Counted from the first letter of the stretch, positions 1 through 9,528 are shown. The stretch is 64,000 nucleotides of DNA from Bacteroidota bacterium (GCA_022711405.1 JAKLFC010000010.1:70349-134348), one strand, 5' to 3'. Program-made: numbers and translations. Notes: generated from the sequence alone by a model not told the origin.

Positions 1-1133
1 GGATCGGAAAATGCCTGATTGTGTATGAATACCGTATCCGTTAATGCCATCAGGAAAGATTTCAGATCGGCTTTTTCTTTTGGGGTCAGTTGCACGCCAC
101 CCCTTGAAACATGATGCATCAGGGGATCAATATACGGTGACCAGACGACATGATGCGAATAAAATTCGATCACCTCATCCAGGGTTTTGTAGCGACCATC
201 GTGCATGTAGGGCGCTGTGAGGGCGATATTGCGCAGTGTTGGTGCTTTATAGGAACCCAGGTCCGATGAATTCCCGGTCACATGAGACCGGTCGCGCGGA
301 TCTTCAAATTCGCCCGTGAACAGAGAGTCCTTTCCGTTATTGTAATACAGACTGGTAGTCCAGAGCGGGTTGCCGGAACCGCCATGGCAATGAAAGCAGT
401 CGGCCCCCTCCTCGGTGGTAAAGAGGATATAGCCCGATAGCTCCGACTCGGTGAGCTGCTCCTCTCCGCGCATGTACCGGTCGAATTTGCAGTCACTGGA
501 AACCAGCGTCCTTACAAACTGGGCAATGGCCTTGCTGATGCGATCGACAGTTACTTCCTGTGATCCGAATACTTTTGCAAAAAGTTCCGGATACCCTTTG
601 ATGCTTTGTATCAATGCTTTTGTGCGGTTGGTGTCGCCGGCCATCTCATGGGGAGCAACAATGCCCATCCATACCAGGGATTCCAGGTTCTGATGGTAAG
701 GGGAGGGATTACCCCCGGAGATCAATCCGTTCCACAAATACCCATTGGAGTTCCATACCAGGTTGATCAGGGGAAGCATGGTATGGGGTGTCGGTTTTCC
801 TGATAATCCGAATGTTTTTCCGCCAGTAAAGGTGGGATGGTCAATGCCACACTCGAATGAATTGGCCTGGATATGGCAGGTGGCACAGCTCATCATCGAA
901 TCCGGATCCGTCCGCCCCGACAGGCGTCCGTCATAGAACAGGTACCTGCCCAGCTCAATCCCTTCCACCGTCATGGGATTGTCATCCGGAATATTTAATT
1001 CCGTAGGATAGAACATAGGTATGTCAAAGAAATAGGGCGTGGGATGGTGATCCACTTCCTCTTCGTGCTGGCAGGAAAGGAGGAAAAACAGGCAGCTAAT
1101 GTCGACAAGAAATATATGTAGCAGTCGGATCAT
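1..1133 (-). CDS. Di-haem cytochrome c peroxidase of the MauG/MbnH type (lipoprotein); 3' end cut by window edge
   Basis: Absent from the ORF track because it has no stop in the window. My minus-strand translation from the ATG (complement of 1131-1133) gives MIRLLHIFLVDISCLFFLLSCQHEEE... It has a lipoprotein-type signal, two CxxCH motifs (CATCH, CFHCH) and a PYMHDGR region typical of bacterial di-haem peroxidases. It lies directly downstream of the MbnP-like gene. Confidence 0.8.
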   Translation of the reverse strand, partial: MIRLLHIFLVDISCLFFLLSCQHEEEVDHHPTPYFFDIPMFYPTELNIPDDNPMTVEGIELGRYLFYDGRLSGRTDPDSMMSCATCHIQANSFECGIDHPTFTGGKTFGLSGKPTPHTMLPLINLVWNSNGYLWNGLISGGNPSPYHQNLESLVWMGIVAPHEMAGDTNRTKALIQSIKGYPELFAKVFGSQEVTVDRISKAIAQFVRTLVSSDCKFDRYMRGEEQLTESELSGYILFTTEEGADCFHCHGGSGNPLWTTSLYYNNGKDSLFTGEFEDPRDRSHVTGNSSDLGSYKAPTLRNIALTAPYMHDGRYKTLDEVIEFYSHHVVWSPYIDPLMHHVSRGGVQLTPKEKADLKSFLMALTDTVFIHNQAFSD

Positions 1134-1141
1134 AGAATAAA

Positions 1142-1216
1142 ATCAAAAAGCAAAGAGGAAAGATCAAAAATCAAAAGTTAGTTTTACTTTTTGATTTTTG
1201 CTCTTTGCTCTTTGAT
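1142..1216. repeat. Long imperfect low-complexity inverted repeat (hairpin) between the MbnP-like and peroxidase genes
   Basis: Left arm 1142-1177 (ATCAAAAAGCAAAGAGGAAAGATCAAAAATCAAAAG) is a near-perfect reverse complement of right arm 1187-1216 (CTTTTTGATTTTTGCTCTTTGCTCTTTGAT). The last ~15 codons of ORF 1171..2043 (SKSKEQKSKSKTNF) are encoded by the loop and right arm. Confidence 0.5.
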
Positions 1217-2043
1217 ATTAATACGGTGAACACCCCTTTTTTACCGTTCTCACATCCCACCCGCATGCATTCCTGGCATTGCATGATGTTGAACGGGAAT
1301 GTCGAGAGGTCGATGGTATGGGGACCGGTGAACCATTGTTCAATGTTCATACTGACGGCTACATGTACGGTATCTCCTGTTGTCATCTGAAAAGAGGAGC
1401 CCGGCAATGTCACCCGGAAGTTATTGTGTACAAATCCTGTGATGTCATTTACGTCAATCGTATCGCCGGAATAGATCTGTCCGATCCCCAGGTGAAATTC
1501 GAACGGCCTGTTCTGCGACATCCCGTCATTAAGCCATTTACCATTGAGCTTCATATAGTGATAGCCTCCCCCCAGTACATCCGGCCAGAACATATCCCGC
1601 TCGGGTGGATTCACAAACATCAGGGAAATGTTTTTCTCCTGGCTGATCCCGAACATGAATGAAACGGAGTCATAGGATCCGGCCGGGATCTTATCGAATA
1701 CCTCCCAGGTCATGGTCGAAGGGATATCATTGTCAATATAGTAAATGTCTGTCCAGTCATCGATCAGGAACCCGGAACCACCGGACTGATGCAGAATCAC
1801 ATCGGAAATGAAATACTGCACCTCGGTGATCAGGTAATGATTGCCCGCCGCATTCGTATAGATCATCGTATCGATCTGAAGAGGCTCACCTTCCACCCTG
1901 TGAAAAAATGTAAAGATGATCTTGCCATGATCTTCGGACTCAGGTTCTTCCCCATCGCATGCACACATCATGGTCAAAACCATCCATGCCATCACTACAA
2001 GCATGCTTCTCATACCCATCAAACCTCCTTCCCTCACTATCAT
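1171..2043 (-). CDS. MbnP-like periplasmic (copper-binding family) lipoprotein
   Basis: 290-aa ORF. The likely true start is MRSMLVV (around 2013), giving a signal peptide with a lipobox-like MMCACDG. Size, secreted nature and position immediately upstream of a MauG/MbnH-type di-haem peroxidase and downstream of a TonB receptor match the MbnP/MbnH pairing. The family assignment comes from context and general resemblance, not from an HMM. Confidence 0.6.
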   Translation of the reverse strand: MIVREGGLMGMRSMLVVMAWMVLTMMCACDGEEPESEDHGKIIFTFFHRVEGEPLQIDTMIYTNAAGNHYLITEVQYFISDVILHQSGGSGFLIDDWTDIYYIDNDIPSTMTWEVFDKIPAGSYDSVSFMFGISQEKNISLMFVNPPERDMFWPDVLGGGYHYMKLNGKWLNDGMSQNRPFEFHLGIGQIYSGDTIDVNDITGFVHNNFRVTLPGSSFQMTTGDTVHVAVSMNIEQWFTGPHTIDLSTFPFNIMQCQECMRVGCENGKKGVFTVLISKSKEQKSKSKTNF

Positions 2044-2048
2044 TGTAA

Positions 2049-2126
2049 CTCTCTCCTCTCTCCTTTCTCCTTTCTCCTCTCTCCTCTCTCCTCTCTCCTC
2101 TCTCCTCTCTCCTCTCTCCTCTCCCT
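2049..2126. repeat. 78-nt pure polypyrimidine tract, about 11 tandem CTCTCCT heptamers (polypurine on the coding minus strand)
   Basis: Read directly: only C and T from 2049 to 2126. The tract fills the whole intercistronic gap between the lipoprotein gene stop (2125-2127) and the MbnP-like start. A related tract in opposite orientation lies at 27631-27680. Confidence 0.95.
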
Positions 2127-2499
2127 AATATGGCACCGTCCCCGACACCACCACAAAGTTAGCGGTGTCATACAGGCTTGACGCTTCCCTGAAGATCTTT
2201 CCGTCCACCAGGATCCGTACCCTGATCTTCGAATTCACGTCATAATAGTTTGCTGAAATAAACACGATCTCTCCCGGATCCGTCTCAAAGGCATACTTCC
2301 AGACATCCGTTTCACTATCGGTCACCACTGTTTCCGAAACCAGTTTGCCGTCCGCGTTCCTGTACCGCACATCGAATCCTGAGTCAGAATCAGTTACTAC
2401 ATACGTGACAGCCACTCCTTCGACTGCCTGATCGCATGCAATCAATGAAAAAATCGTCAGAAGAAATATCATCGAAAGCTTTCTCATCGCCCAAATCAT
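2125..2499 (-). CDS. Small hypothetical lipoprotein
   Basis: 124-aa ORF with signal peptide and lipobox (LTIFSLIACDQ). It sits between the TonB receptor and the MbnP-like gene. No recognisable catalytic motif. Confidence 0.55.
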   Translation of the reverse strand: MIWAMRKLSMIFLLTIFSLIACDQAVEGVAVTYVVTDSDSGFDVRYRNADGKLVSETVVTDSETDVWKYAFETDPGEIVFISANYYDVNSKIRVRILVDGKIFREASSLYDTANFVVVSGTVPY

Positions 2500-2511
2500 A
2501 AATACTGAATA

Positions 2512-4899
2512 CTAAATACTGAATATCAAATTAATGTAAAAGTTCCTCCCCGGTTCATAGAAATCCTTCTGGGTCCCGATCAACCGCCTGTTCAGGTGTT
2601 CATAGTAGGTACTGTTGAAAAGGTTTTCCACTCCTCCCGTAATGGTAAAATGGGCGTTGTGGAAATAGGAGCAGGAGATCCCTGCGACAAAGAATCCCGG
2701 TGAGGCTGACTCATAAAATGCCTTTGAAACCTGGTTCTGCCTCGCCACAAAACGGCCCCTGAGCTTTGGGATCAGCTGCCCCTTCAGGAATTTATAGCCA
2801 ACCGTCAGCGTTGATTCAAAAGGAGGGATCTCGGCCAGCGGATCATTTTTAACGACCTCTGTTCCGGTAACCTGACCACTTTCATTGATGATGTTGCGGA
2901 CCGCTTCGTTGATACTGGCATGCGTATAAGAAGCGATGAATTGTACATACCATTGGATCTGTGACGGGGAACCATAGGAAAGCTCAAAACCCCTGAACCG
3001 GGCATAATCTGCATTATAGTACTTTTTTACACCCTTTACCCCGTTGGTGGCTGGTTTTTGCTCTGAAGGAGGGAGTATCTCTCCGGTGATGTAGTTGGTG
3101 ACGATGGAGTAGAATCCATTGATCTCAAGGCTCCCGAAACCGGGATCCTGGAAACGGCCGGTCAGGTCCGCCTGGTTGTTGGCCTCGGGTTTAAGCGAAG
3201 GATTCCCAAGGTAATCGTAATTATCGTACCCAACCGGCAGCAGGGTGATGAACCGTTCGACCATATCGGGGCTTCTTACCCCCCTGCCCAGCATCAGGCT
3301 CAACGAAAGATTATCCATCAGCCAGTAGACAAATCCCGCGCTGGCACTGAGGTTCGTGAAACGGGATTCATTCTCATCGCTGAAATAGATCGTCTTACCC
3401 ATTTTTTCCAAAACGATATCGTCCGAATTGGCATGGTTGAAATCGATGCGTGCCGAAGCGATCAGATCTAAACGGCTGAAAGCCCTGCGATATTCGGCGA
3501 ATAGACCGGCATTGCTTATCACGGCGTTGTTCCATATCTGTTCTGTGTACACTGGCATGGTCGGCTGCATGATGAGGGTTTTGACACGGTCACCGTCCTT
3601 GGTGATGTATTCGAAATCGGCACCGATGGCCAGTATGTTGTTCCCTGATTTGAATCCGCTTTCCAGCCGTCCGCCGGTATTGTAGGCCTGAACGGTCGTC
3701 ACGGCAACCACAGTATCTGAATTGGGGCGTTCCTTGTTGTCCATGGTGTGTTTCACATCGGAACGGTAAACCTTTACCGTCCATGGCAAAAACCTCTCCG
3801 AAGGAGTGTTCCACGAATAATCCAACGACATCAGCCGGGTCCTGTCTTCGCGCATATCCATCGGCAACGCGGGATAATCCACATCCTTTCCGACGGAGTA
3901 GCTGTACGAAAAGAGCAGGTTATGATCCTTTCCCGGCATAATGCCGAACTGACCCCTGATATTGTACTTTTTGTTTTCAGCATCGAACCAGTTCCCATCA
4001 CCGTCCTGGTAATCCCCATTCTGTTTGTTTGTTCCAGAGAGGCCGAAATAAACCAGTCGGTTGCCGCCGTTCAGCACCAGGTGTTCCCGGGTGCCGGAGG
4101 GATTGCTGGTGTATCCAAACAAAGCGGATCCGTCGATGGTAAATCGCTCGTTGACGGGTGGTTTTTGTGTCTGAAGGTTGATGATCCCCCCGAACGAAGG
4201 ACCGTATCGAAAGGCGTAAGGTCCTTTCAGTATTTCAAGGCTCTTAATGTCCTCAATTTCAATATGTGCAATGGCAGGATCCATCCGGTTAGGGCAACCA
4301 CCCTCGATCTTCTGGCCATTGTCGACCTGAACATTCAACTGGCTGTACTTGAATCCCCTGACCACCGGATCCAGTGTGGAGCCCCCTTTCCGGATACCCG
4401 ATACATTGGGTATCCGGCGGATATAGGTACCGATATCGGTGACAGGTGTTTGAATGATCTGTATACTGTTTACTTCTGAATGGAGGTAAGGAAGTTTTAA
4501 GGTTGATGTATCAGTTTGTGAAAATCCCGTGACCTCGATACCTTCCAGTGTTTGCATCTCCGGTGTGAGCAGGATATCGAGACTGAGGATCCCTCCTTCT
4601 GGCAGTGTGACTTTATGCGTATAGGATCTGTAACCCAGGTAACTGACCTCCAGTACACATTTACCGGGACTGATCCCTTCCAGAATGAATCTTCCCGACG
4701 GATCGGTCATGGTACCTCTTTCGTGAGATTTCAGGAATACCGAAGCACCATAGAGTGGATCCTTTGTCTCGCCATCCAGAACATATCCCTGAATAACAGA
4801 TTGCCCATAGCTATGCACAGACAAAGTCACAATGAACAGACAAACGGTGAAGCACCAGTAAATGGTCGGTTTCATATGCAAATGTAACAAGGATTTCAC
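2512..4899 (-). CDS. TonB-dependent outer-membrane receptor
   Basis: 795 aa with a signal peptide, a CarboxypepD_reg-like N-terminal segment (VIQGYVLDGETKDPLYGASVFL), a plug region and a long beta-barrel with a terminal ...NLIFSI. Confidence 0.9.
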   Translation of the reverse strand: MKSLLHLHMKPTIYWCFTVCLFIVTLSVHSYGQSVIQGYVLDGETKDPLYGASVFLKSHERGTMTDPSGRFILEGISPGKCVLEVSYLGYRSYTHKVTLPEGGILSLDILLTPEMQTLEGIEVTGFSQTDTSTLKLPYLHSEVNSIQIIQTPVTDIGTYIRRIPNVSGIRKGGSTLDPVVRGFKYSQLNVQVDNGQKIEGGCPNRMDPAIAHIEIEDIKSLEILKGPYAFRYGPSFGGIINLQTQKPPVNERFTIDGSALFGYTSNPSGTREHLVLNGGNRLVYFGLSGTNKQNGDYQDGDGNWFDAENKKYNIRGQFGIMPGKDHNLLFSYSYSVGKDVDYPALPMDMREDRTRLMSLDYSWNTPSERFLPWTVKVYRSDVKHTMDNKERPNSDTVVAVTTVQAYNTGGRLESGFKSGNNILAIGADFEYITKDGDRVKTLIMQPTMPVYTEQIWNNAVISNAGLFAEYRRAFSRLDLIASARIDFNHANSDDIVLEKMGKTIYFSDENESRFTNLSASAGFVYWLMDNLSLSLMLGRGVRSPDMVERFITLLPVGYDNYDYLGNPSLKPEANNQADLTGRFQDPGFGSLEINGFYSIVTNYITGEILPPSEQKPATNGVKGVKKYYNADYARFRGFELSYGSPSQIQWYVQFIASYTHASINEAVRNIINESGQVTGTEVVKNDPLAEIPPFESTLTVGYKFLKGQLIPKLRGRFVARQNQVSKAFYESASPGFFVAGISCSYFHNAHFTITGGVENLFNSTYYEHLNRRLIGTQKDFYEPGRNFYINLIFSI

Positions 4900-4903
4900 T
4901 GAT

Positions 4904-6094
4904 TTATTGTATCTGAATGGTTCCCAGTCCTTGTTCCAGGTCTTCGATTATGTCTTTCGCATCCTCAATGCCTACCGATAACCTGACCAGGTCGTCGGTG
5001 ATACCCGATGCAATCTTATGTTCGTGACTGACTCCTGCATGGGTCATGGATGCCGGGTGCTGGATAAGCGTTTCCACTCCCCCCAGCGAGACTGCCAGGA
5101 GCGCCAGATGTACGTTGTCCATCAGTTTTCTGCCGGCCTCATATCCTCCTTTCAATCCAAAACTCATCATGGAACCAGGTCCGGTCATCTGCTTCACTGC
5201 CAGTTCATGCTGAGGATGGGATTGGAGTCCCGGGTATTTAATCCAGGCCACTTTAGGATGCGACTGCAGAAAATCAGCGACCATCATGGCATTTTCCTGG
5301 GCACGTTCAATACGTAACGCCAGGGTCTTGACACCACGTAAGACCATGAAGGCCTGGGTGGGATCCATGTTGCATCCCATGTAAACCATCGAATGACGGA
5401 TTTTTTTATATAGTTCAGGTTTCCTGGTAACAATGACTCCGCCGACAATATCAGCATGTCCGTTGATGAATTTCGTGATGGAATGCAGGGTGACATCAGC
5501 ACCCAGATCGAGCGGTTTTTGGAGGAAAGGCGAGCTGAAGGTATTGTCGACCACCAGTACCAAATGATTCTCCCTGGCAATCCTTGCACAGCCTTCGATG
5601 TCCGTGATATCCATAGTGGGATTTGCAGGGGTCTCAATGTATACTACCTTCGTATTAGGTCGAAGTGAATTTCTGATTTCATCCAGGTTCGAAGTGTTCA
5701 CGAACGTCGCCTCGACACCGAAGCGGGAAAAATCCTGTTGCAGCACCCCTCTAACCGGGCCATAGACTGCGCCGGTACTGATGATATGGGTCCCTGCACC
5801 CAGCAATGCCATGAAAACGCTATTTATAGCTCCCATTCCAGAGCTTGTTGCAATGCCGTCGAATCCGTTTTCCAGTTCTGCAATGTTCCGTTCAAAAGCC
5901 CTGATAGTAGGATTGGCGATGCGCGTATAAATATAGCCGTCGCTTTTTCCGGAAAAACAATCCGCTCCATGCTGTGCGCTCTTGAATTTAAATGTGGATG
6001 TCTGGTAAATGGGCACAGTGGCACTGCCATACGCATCCTCAAATGCACCGGCATGAATCAGTTTGGTATTGAATCCTTTGTCGTTTATTTTCAT
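4904..6094 (-). CDS. Cys/Met-metabolism PLP-dependent enzyme (methionine gamma-lyase / cystathionine-lyase-like)
   Basis: 396 aa with YTRIANPT and SITKFINGH (PLP lysine) motifs typical of the gamma-family PLP enzymes. Confidence 0.85.
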   Translation of the reverse strand: MKINDKGFNTKLIHAGAFEDAYGSATVPIYQTSTFKFKSAQHGADCFSGKSDGYIYTRIANPTIRAFERNIAELENGFDGIATSSGMGAINSVFMALLGAGTHIISTGAVYGPVRGVLQQDFSRFGVEATFVNTSNLDEIRNSLRPNTKVVYIETPANPTMDITDIEGCARIARENHLVLVVDNTFSSPFLQKPLDLGADVTLHSITKFINGHADIVGGVIVTRKPELYKKIRHSMVYMGCNMDPTQAFMVLRGVKTLALRIERAQENAMMVADFLQSHPKVAWIKYPGLQSHPQHELAVKQMTGPGSMMSFGLKGGYEAGRKLMDNVHLALLAVSLGGVETLIQHPASMTHAGVSHEHKIASGITDDLVRLSVGIEDAKDIIEDLEQGLGTIQIQ

Positions 6095-6161
6095 TGAAAT
6101 TTTGGTTATATATTAGTTCAATACGATTATTATAGTTCAATAAAAAAGGGATACATCATCA

Positions 6162-7040
6162 TCAGATCAAATTTTTCTCCTTGAGTATGGCAGCCATAAT
6201 TTGGGTGTTATATTCACTTAATCTGGTCATGGGTGGACGTAAGGCTCCATCGATGAGTCCCATGAGCTCCAATGCTTTTTTAGCCCCCATTGGATTGGTT
6301 TCGAACCTGCAGGCTTCAAACAAGGGATAATACTCTGTATGGAGTTCCCTTGCCTTGTCATGGGTTCCATCCAGTGCATGATGGATCATCCGGGCCATGA
6401 CATCAGGTACAATGTTGCCAGCGACTGTAAAGCTGCCAGCTCCCCCAAAAGAGACCAGCGGATAAGCAGTGGTATCCTTGCCCGTAAATACCAAAAAATC
6501 GTCATTTCGGGTCAGAAATACAATCTTGGCCAAATGATCGAGCATCTTATTCCCATCTTTTGTTCCCACAATATTCGGATGTTTGGCCAGCTGTGCTGTC
6601 ATTTCCGGCGTTAATTCCACACCTGTTCGATTTTTGGAATTATGTAAAATTATGGGAATGGGGGAAGCATCTGCCAGCTGCTCAAAATACTGAATGAGAG
6701 CTGAGGCCGTGGGTAGAATAAGGTATGGGGAATAGGCAACTGCATAATCCGCACCTGTATCCGCATACATTTTTGCCCGATCGATCGATTCACGTGTTCC
6801 AGCAAGGCAGATATCCGGCATGACCGGTATTTTGCCATTGACTTCCTCCACTACAATTTTCAGAAGCCTTTGGACCTCATCATTAGTCATCAGCGAATTT
6901 TCCCCAGTGACTCCTAAGGGAGCAATCCCGTCAATATCCGAATCAACCTGTCGCCTGACAAGCTGGCGAAGATTATTTTCGTCGAGAGAATAATCGCTTT
7001 TAAAGGGAGTAACCAGTAATGTAAAAGCACCTTTTTTCAT
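6162..7040 (-). CDS. Dihydrodipicolinate synthase (DapA) family class I aldolase
   Basis: 292 aa with TPF...GVTGE N-terminal signatures and a GTKDGN Schiff-base lysine region. Confidence 0.8.
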   Translation of the reverse strand: MKKGAFTLLVTPFKSDYSLDENNLRQLVRRQVDSDIDGIAPLGVTGENSLMTNDEVQRLLKIVVEEVNGKIPVMPDICLAGTRESIDRAKMYADTGADYAVAYSPYLILPTASALIQYFEQLADASPIPIILHNSKNRTGVELTPEMTAQLAKHPNIVGTKDGNKMLDHLAKIVFLTRNDDFLVFTGKDTTAYPLVSFGGAGSFTVAGNIVPDVMARMIHHALDGTHDKARELHTEYYPLFEACRFETNPMGAKKALELMGLIDGALRPPMTRLSEYNTQIMAAILKEKNLI

Positions 7041-7079
7041 TTCATTATTAATTTGTTGGTATATATAATGCTGAATTTT

Positions 7080-7388
7080 TTATTCCATCATTGTATTTAC
7101 TGTATCCAGGTTTTGAGTCTTGTTATCATCCGGAGATGTAAACCAGTAAATAGCATTATGGGGGCATGATGACACGCAAAGTCCGCACGAATCGCATTGA
7201 TCATAGACAATAACATAGTGCACAGGATTACAGGGGACTTGCATGGTAAGGCAATAGCCGATGCATTTCGCACATGCATTGGTTGTTACTTTTTGTATGG
7301 CGGTGGTTGGACACACCGTTATGCACAGATCACATCTTTTACACTTTGATGAATCGATCACAGGGACTGTGAATGAATTCGTTTCCAT
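7080..7388 (-). CDS. 4Fe-4S dicluster ferredoxin-domain protein
   Basis: 102 aa with CKRCDLCITVCP and CDSCGLCVSSCP motifs. It overlaps the upstream ATPase gene by 31 nt. Confidence 0.8.
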   Translation of the reverse strand: METNSFTVPVIDSSKCKRCDLCITVCPTTAIQKVTTNACAKCIGYCLTMQVPCNPVHYVIVYDQCDSCGLCVSSCPHNAIYWFTSPDDNKTQNLDTVNTMME

Positions 7389-8227
7389 ATATTTCTGATC
7401 TCTTTGCTAGTTTGGGATTCGGGGGCCCACTCGGTCATGCTTTTACAGCTCACCATGGATTCCACTACAATGGGATCGAAAGGGAGTTCCCCTGCAATAG
7501 CCACATTTCTGCTTTTACAAAATATATTTATTCTGTCTCGTAAATCCGGATTGATGTCATTTTTATTGATTACGACCCAGACCTTCAGGGCAAATTTTTC
7601 TGTGATCCCCAGGGTGCGCTCCAGGTCATGAAGTGCTGAAAGGGTTGGTTCGGTGACAATCACGACCGAATCGACTCCGGTCACTGTTGAAATAACCGGG
7701 CAACCAATTCCCGGTGGCCCATCAAGCAGTATGGTTTCGATTGAATTCTCCCTGGCCACTTGTTTTGCCCGGTCGCGTAACTCATTTACCATTTTACCCG
7801 AGTTTTCCTCCCCTGCGGCCAGTCGTCCGTAAACCATGATGCCATTCCGGAAGGAGCCGGTATACATGCGGCTTTTATCGTTTTTGACCATCGAAATAGC
7901 TTCCGCGGGGCATATACGGGAACATAAAAAGCAACCGTCGCAGAAGGTTTCTGAGATTTCTACCCTCCCATCCGTGATTGAAATGGCATCGAAACGGCAG
8001 TATGTCAGACACAGGCCACAATGGGTGCACTGGGTATAGTCAATGATAGCTTTTTGACTGCCCACATATTCAAGTTCCTCATCATGCGAAGGGTTGAAAA
8101 GGATATAGAGGTTGGCGGCATCCACGTCACAATCCACCAGGACCACTTTTTGACTGAGGGTGGCAAACGCTGCAGTCAGACTTGATTTTCCTGTTCCTCC
8201 CTTACCGCTGATAACAGCTACTTGCAT
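7358..8227 (-). CDS. MinD/ParA-superfamily P-loop ATPase with inserted ferredoxin domain
   Basis: 289 aa with a deviant Walker A (GKGGTGKS) followed by two Cys-rich 4Fe-4S-like motifs (CTHCGLCLTYC, CDGCFLCSRICP). Confidence 0.85.
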   Translation of the reverse strand: MQVAVISGKGGTGKSSLTAAFATLSQKVVLVDCDVDAANLYILFNPSHDEELEYVGSQKAIIDYTQCTHCGLCLTYCRFDAISITDGRVEISETFCDGCFLCSRICPAEAISMVKNDKSRMYTGSFRNGIMVYGRLAAGEENSGKMVNELRDRAKQVARENSIETILLDGPPGIGCPVISTVTGVDSVVIVTEPTLSALHDLERTLGITEKFALKVWVVINKNDINPDLRDRINIFCKSRNVAIAGELPFDPIVVESMVSCKSMTEWAPESQTSKEIRNIWKRIHSQSL

Positions 8228-9092
8228 GATATGCTTTTATGGTATTCATCATGGCAAGCAACTGTTCCTGCCAGCTGATTGTTTTTTGAGCTATTAGTAT
8301 CCCTGAAGAATAGAGCGATGCAATCATTCTGTCGTATGGAATTTCAAGCAACAGGTCGATGTTTTCATCCCGGAGATAATTGTATACATCAAGATTTCCA
8401 ATTCCTGAGCGATTTATAATAACGCCGAAGGTTTTGTTCATTATCCGCAGGGTTTCTACCGATTGTTTCAGGTCGCTCAGGCCAAAAGGCGTAGGTTCAG
8501 TGACCAGGATGACGTAGTCGGCTGAAACAACCGTTTGAATGAATGGGCATGAAGTACCAGGAGGTGCATCCATGATCGTGATCTGATCTGTTCTGCCTTC
8601 TTTCAGGGCGGCCTTTATTACCGGGACCGGGGAAAAGATGCCAATTCCTGTACGTCCTTCAACAAGACGTGCCAGGGGATTGATCCTGTAGCTGTTCACG
8701 TTGCCAAGTAAAACGTCTTTTTCAGTAATAGCACCCTCCTTGCAGGCGATCAGGCATGCCCCGCAGCCATGACAGAGATCCTCCATGACCTGAATGATCT
8801 TAACAGGAGGTAGGATAAAAATGGCATTGTAGCTACAATACTCATGGCACTTTCCACAAAAGGTGCACCTGTCCACATCAATGAAAGGCACCTTCTGGGT
8901 GACAGGTATGGTTTTATTCAATTCTCCATTGAAGAAGATTTTTGCATTGGGCTCTTCTGCATCACAGTCAATCAGTGTTGTAGAATTTCCGTTGGTATAA
9001 AGGGAATAGAACAGGTTGGTTGCAATCAGTGTTTTACCTGTTCCACCCTTACCGCTGGCAATAGCAATTTTTATTTCTTCCGGATCAATCAT
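8202..9092 (-). CDS. MinD/ParA-superfamily P-loop ATPase with inserted ferredoxin domain (paralogue)
   Basis: 296 aa with GKGGTGKT, CTFCGKCHEYC and CHGCGACLIAC motifs. Both its ends overlap neighbouring genes. Confidence 0.85.
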   Translation of the reverse strand: MIDPEEIKIAIASGKGGTGKTLIATNLFYSLYTNGNSTTLIDCDAEEPNAKIFFNGELNKTIPVTQKVPFIDVDRCTFCGKCHEYCSYNAIFILPPVKIIQVMEDLCHGCGACLIACKEGAITEKDVLLGNVNSYRINPLARLVEGRTGIGIFSPVPVIKAALKEGRTDQITIMDAPPGTSCPFIQTVVSADYVILVTEPTPFGLSDLKQSVETLRIMNKTFGVIINRSGIGNLDVYNYLRDENIDLLLEIPYDRMIASLYSSGILIAQKTISWQEQLLAMMNTIKAYHASSCYQR

Positions 9093-9528
9093 AGTTCAGC
9101 CGCATCTGCTCTTCAGTCAGTGTTTCTTTAATGGCATTTTCCCAGAAAGGAGTGTCCCAGGAGTGAAGAGTGCTGTGTGTTACCAGGTACTTCTGAGGAA
9201 TAGGATGGGTACCGAAGATCACTTCCAGTCCAAACTTTTCCTTTATGAATTTCTCAAAATATTCCATATACGGGCAGGGAGGATATCCTACCAGAAATCC
9301 TGTGGCGAAATGAACATGCGTTACCCCATTCTTCTTCATTTCAATAAATGCTTGCTCAATATTTCCTCCCGGACAACCTCCACAGGTGGTATACCCGGCA
9401 AGTTCTGCCTCCTTGTCATTATAAACCGAGAAAGCTCCCTCCCGGTTCCGGAATGCCCTGAAGCACTTTCCTCCGGCACACATTCGGTAGCGATCACAGA
9501 TGATGATCCCGATTTTGATTTTTCCCAT
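9085..9528 (-). CDS. CGGC-domain protein
   Basis: 147 aa with CDRYRMCAGGKC and TTCGGCPG motifs characteristic of CGGC-domain proteins. Confidence 0.7.
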   Translation of the reverse strand: MGKIKIGIIICDRYRMCAGGKCFRAFRNREGAFSVYNDKEAELAGYTTCGGCPGGNIEQAFIEMKKNGVTHVHFATGFLVGYPPCPYMEYFEKFIKEKFGLEVIFGTHPIPQKYLVTHSTLHSWDTPFWENAIKETLTEEQMRLNYD

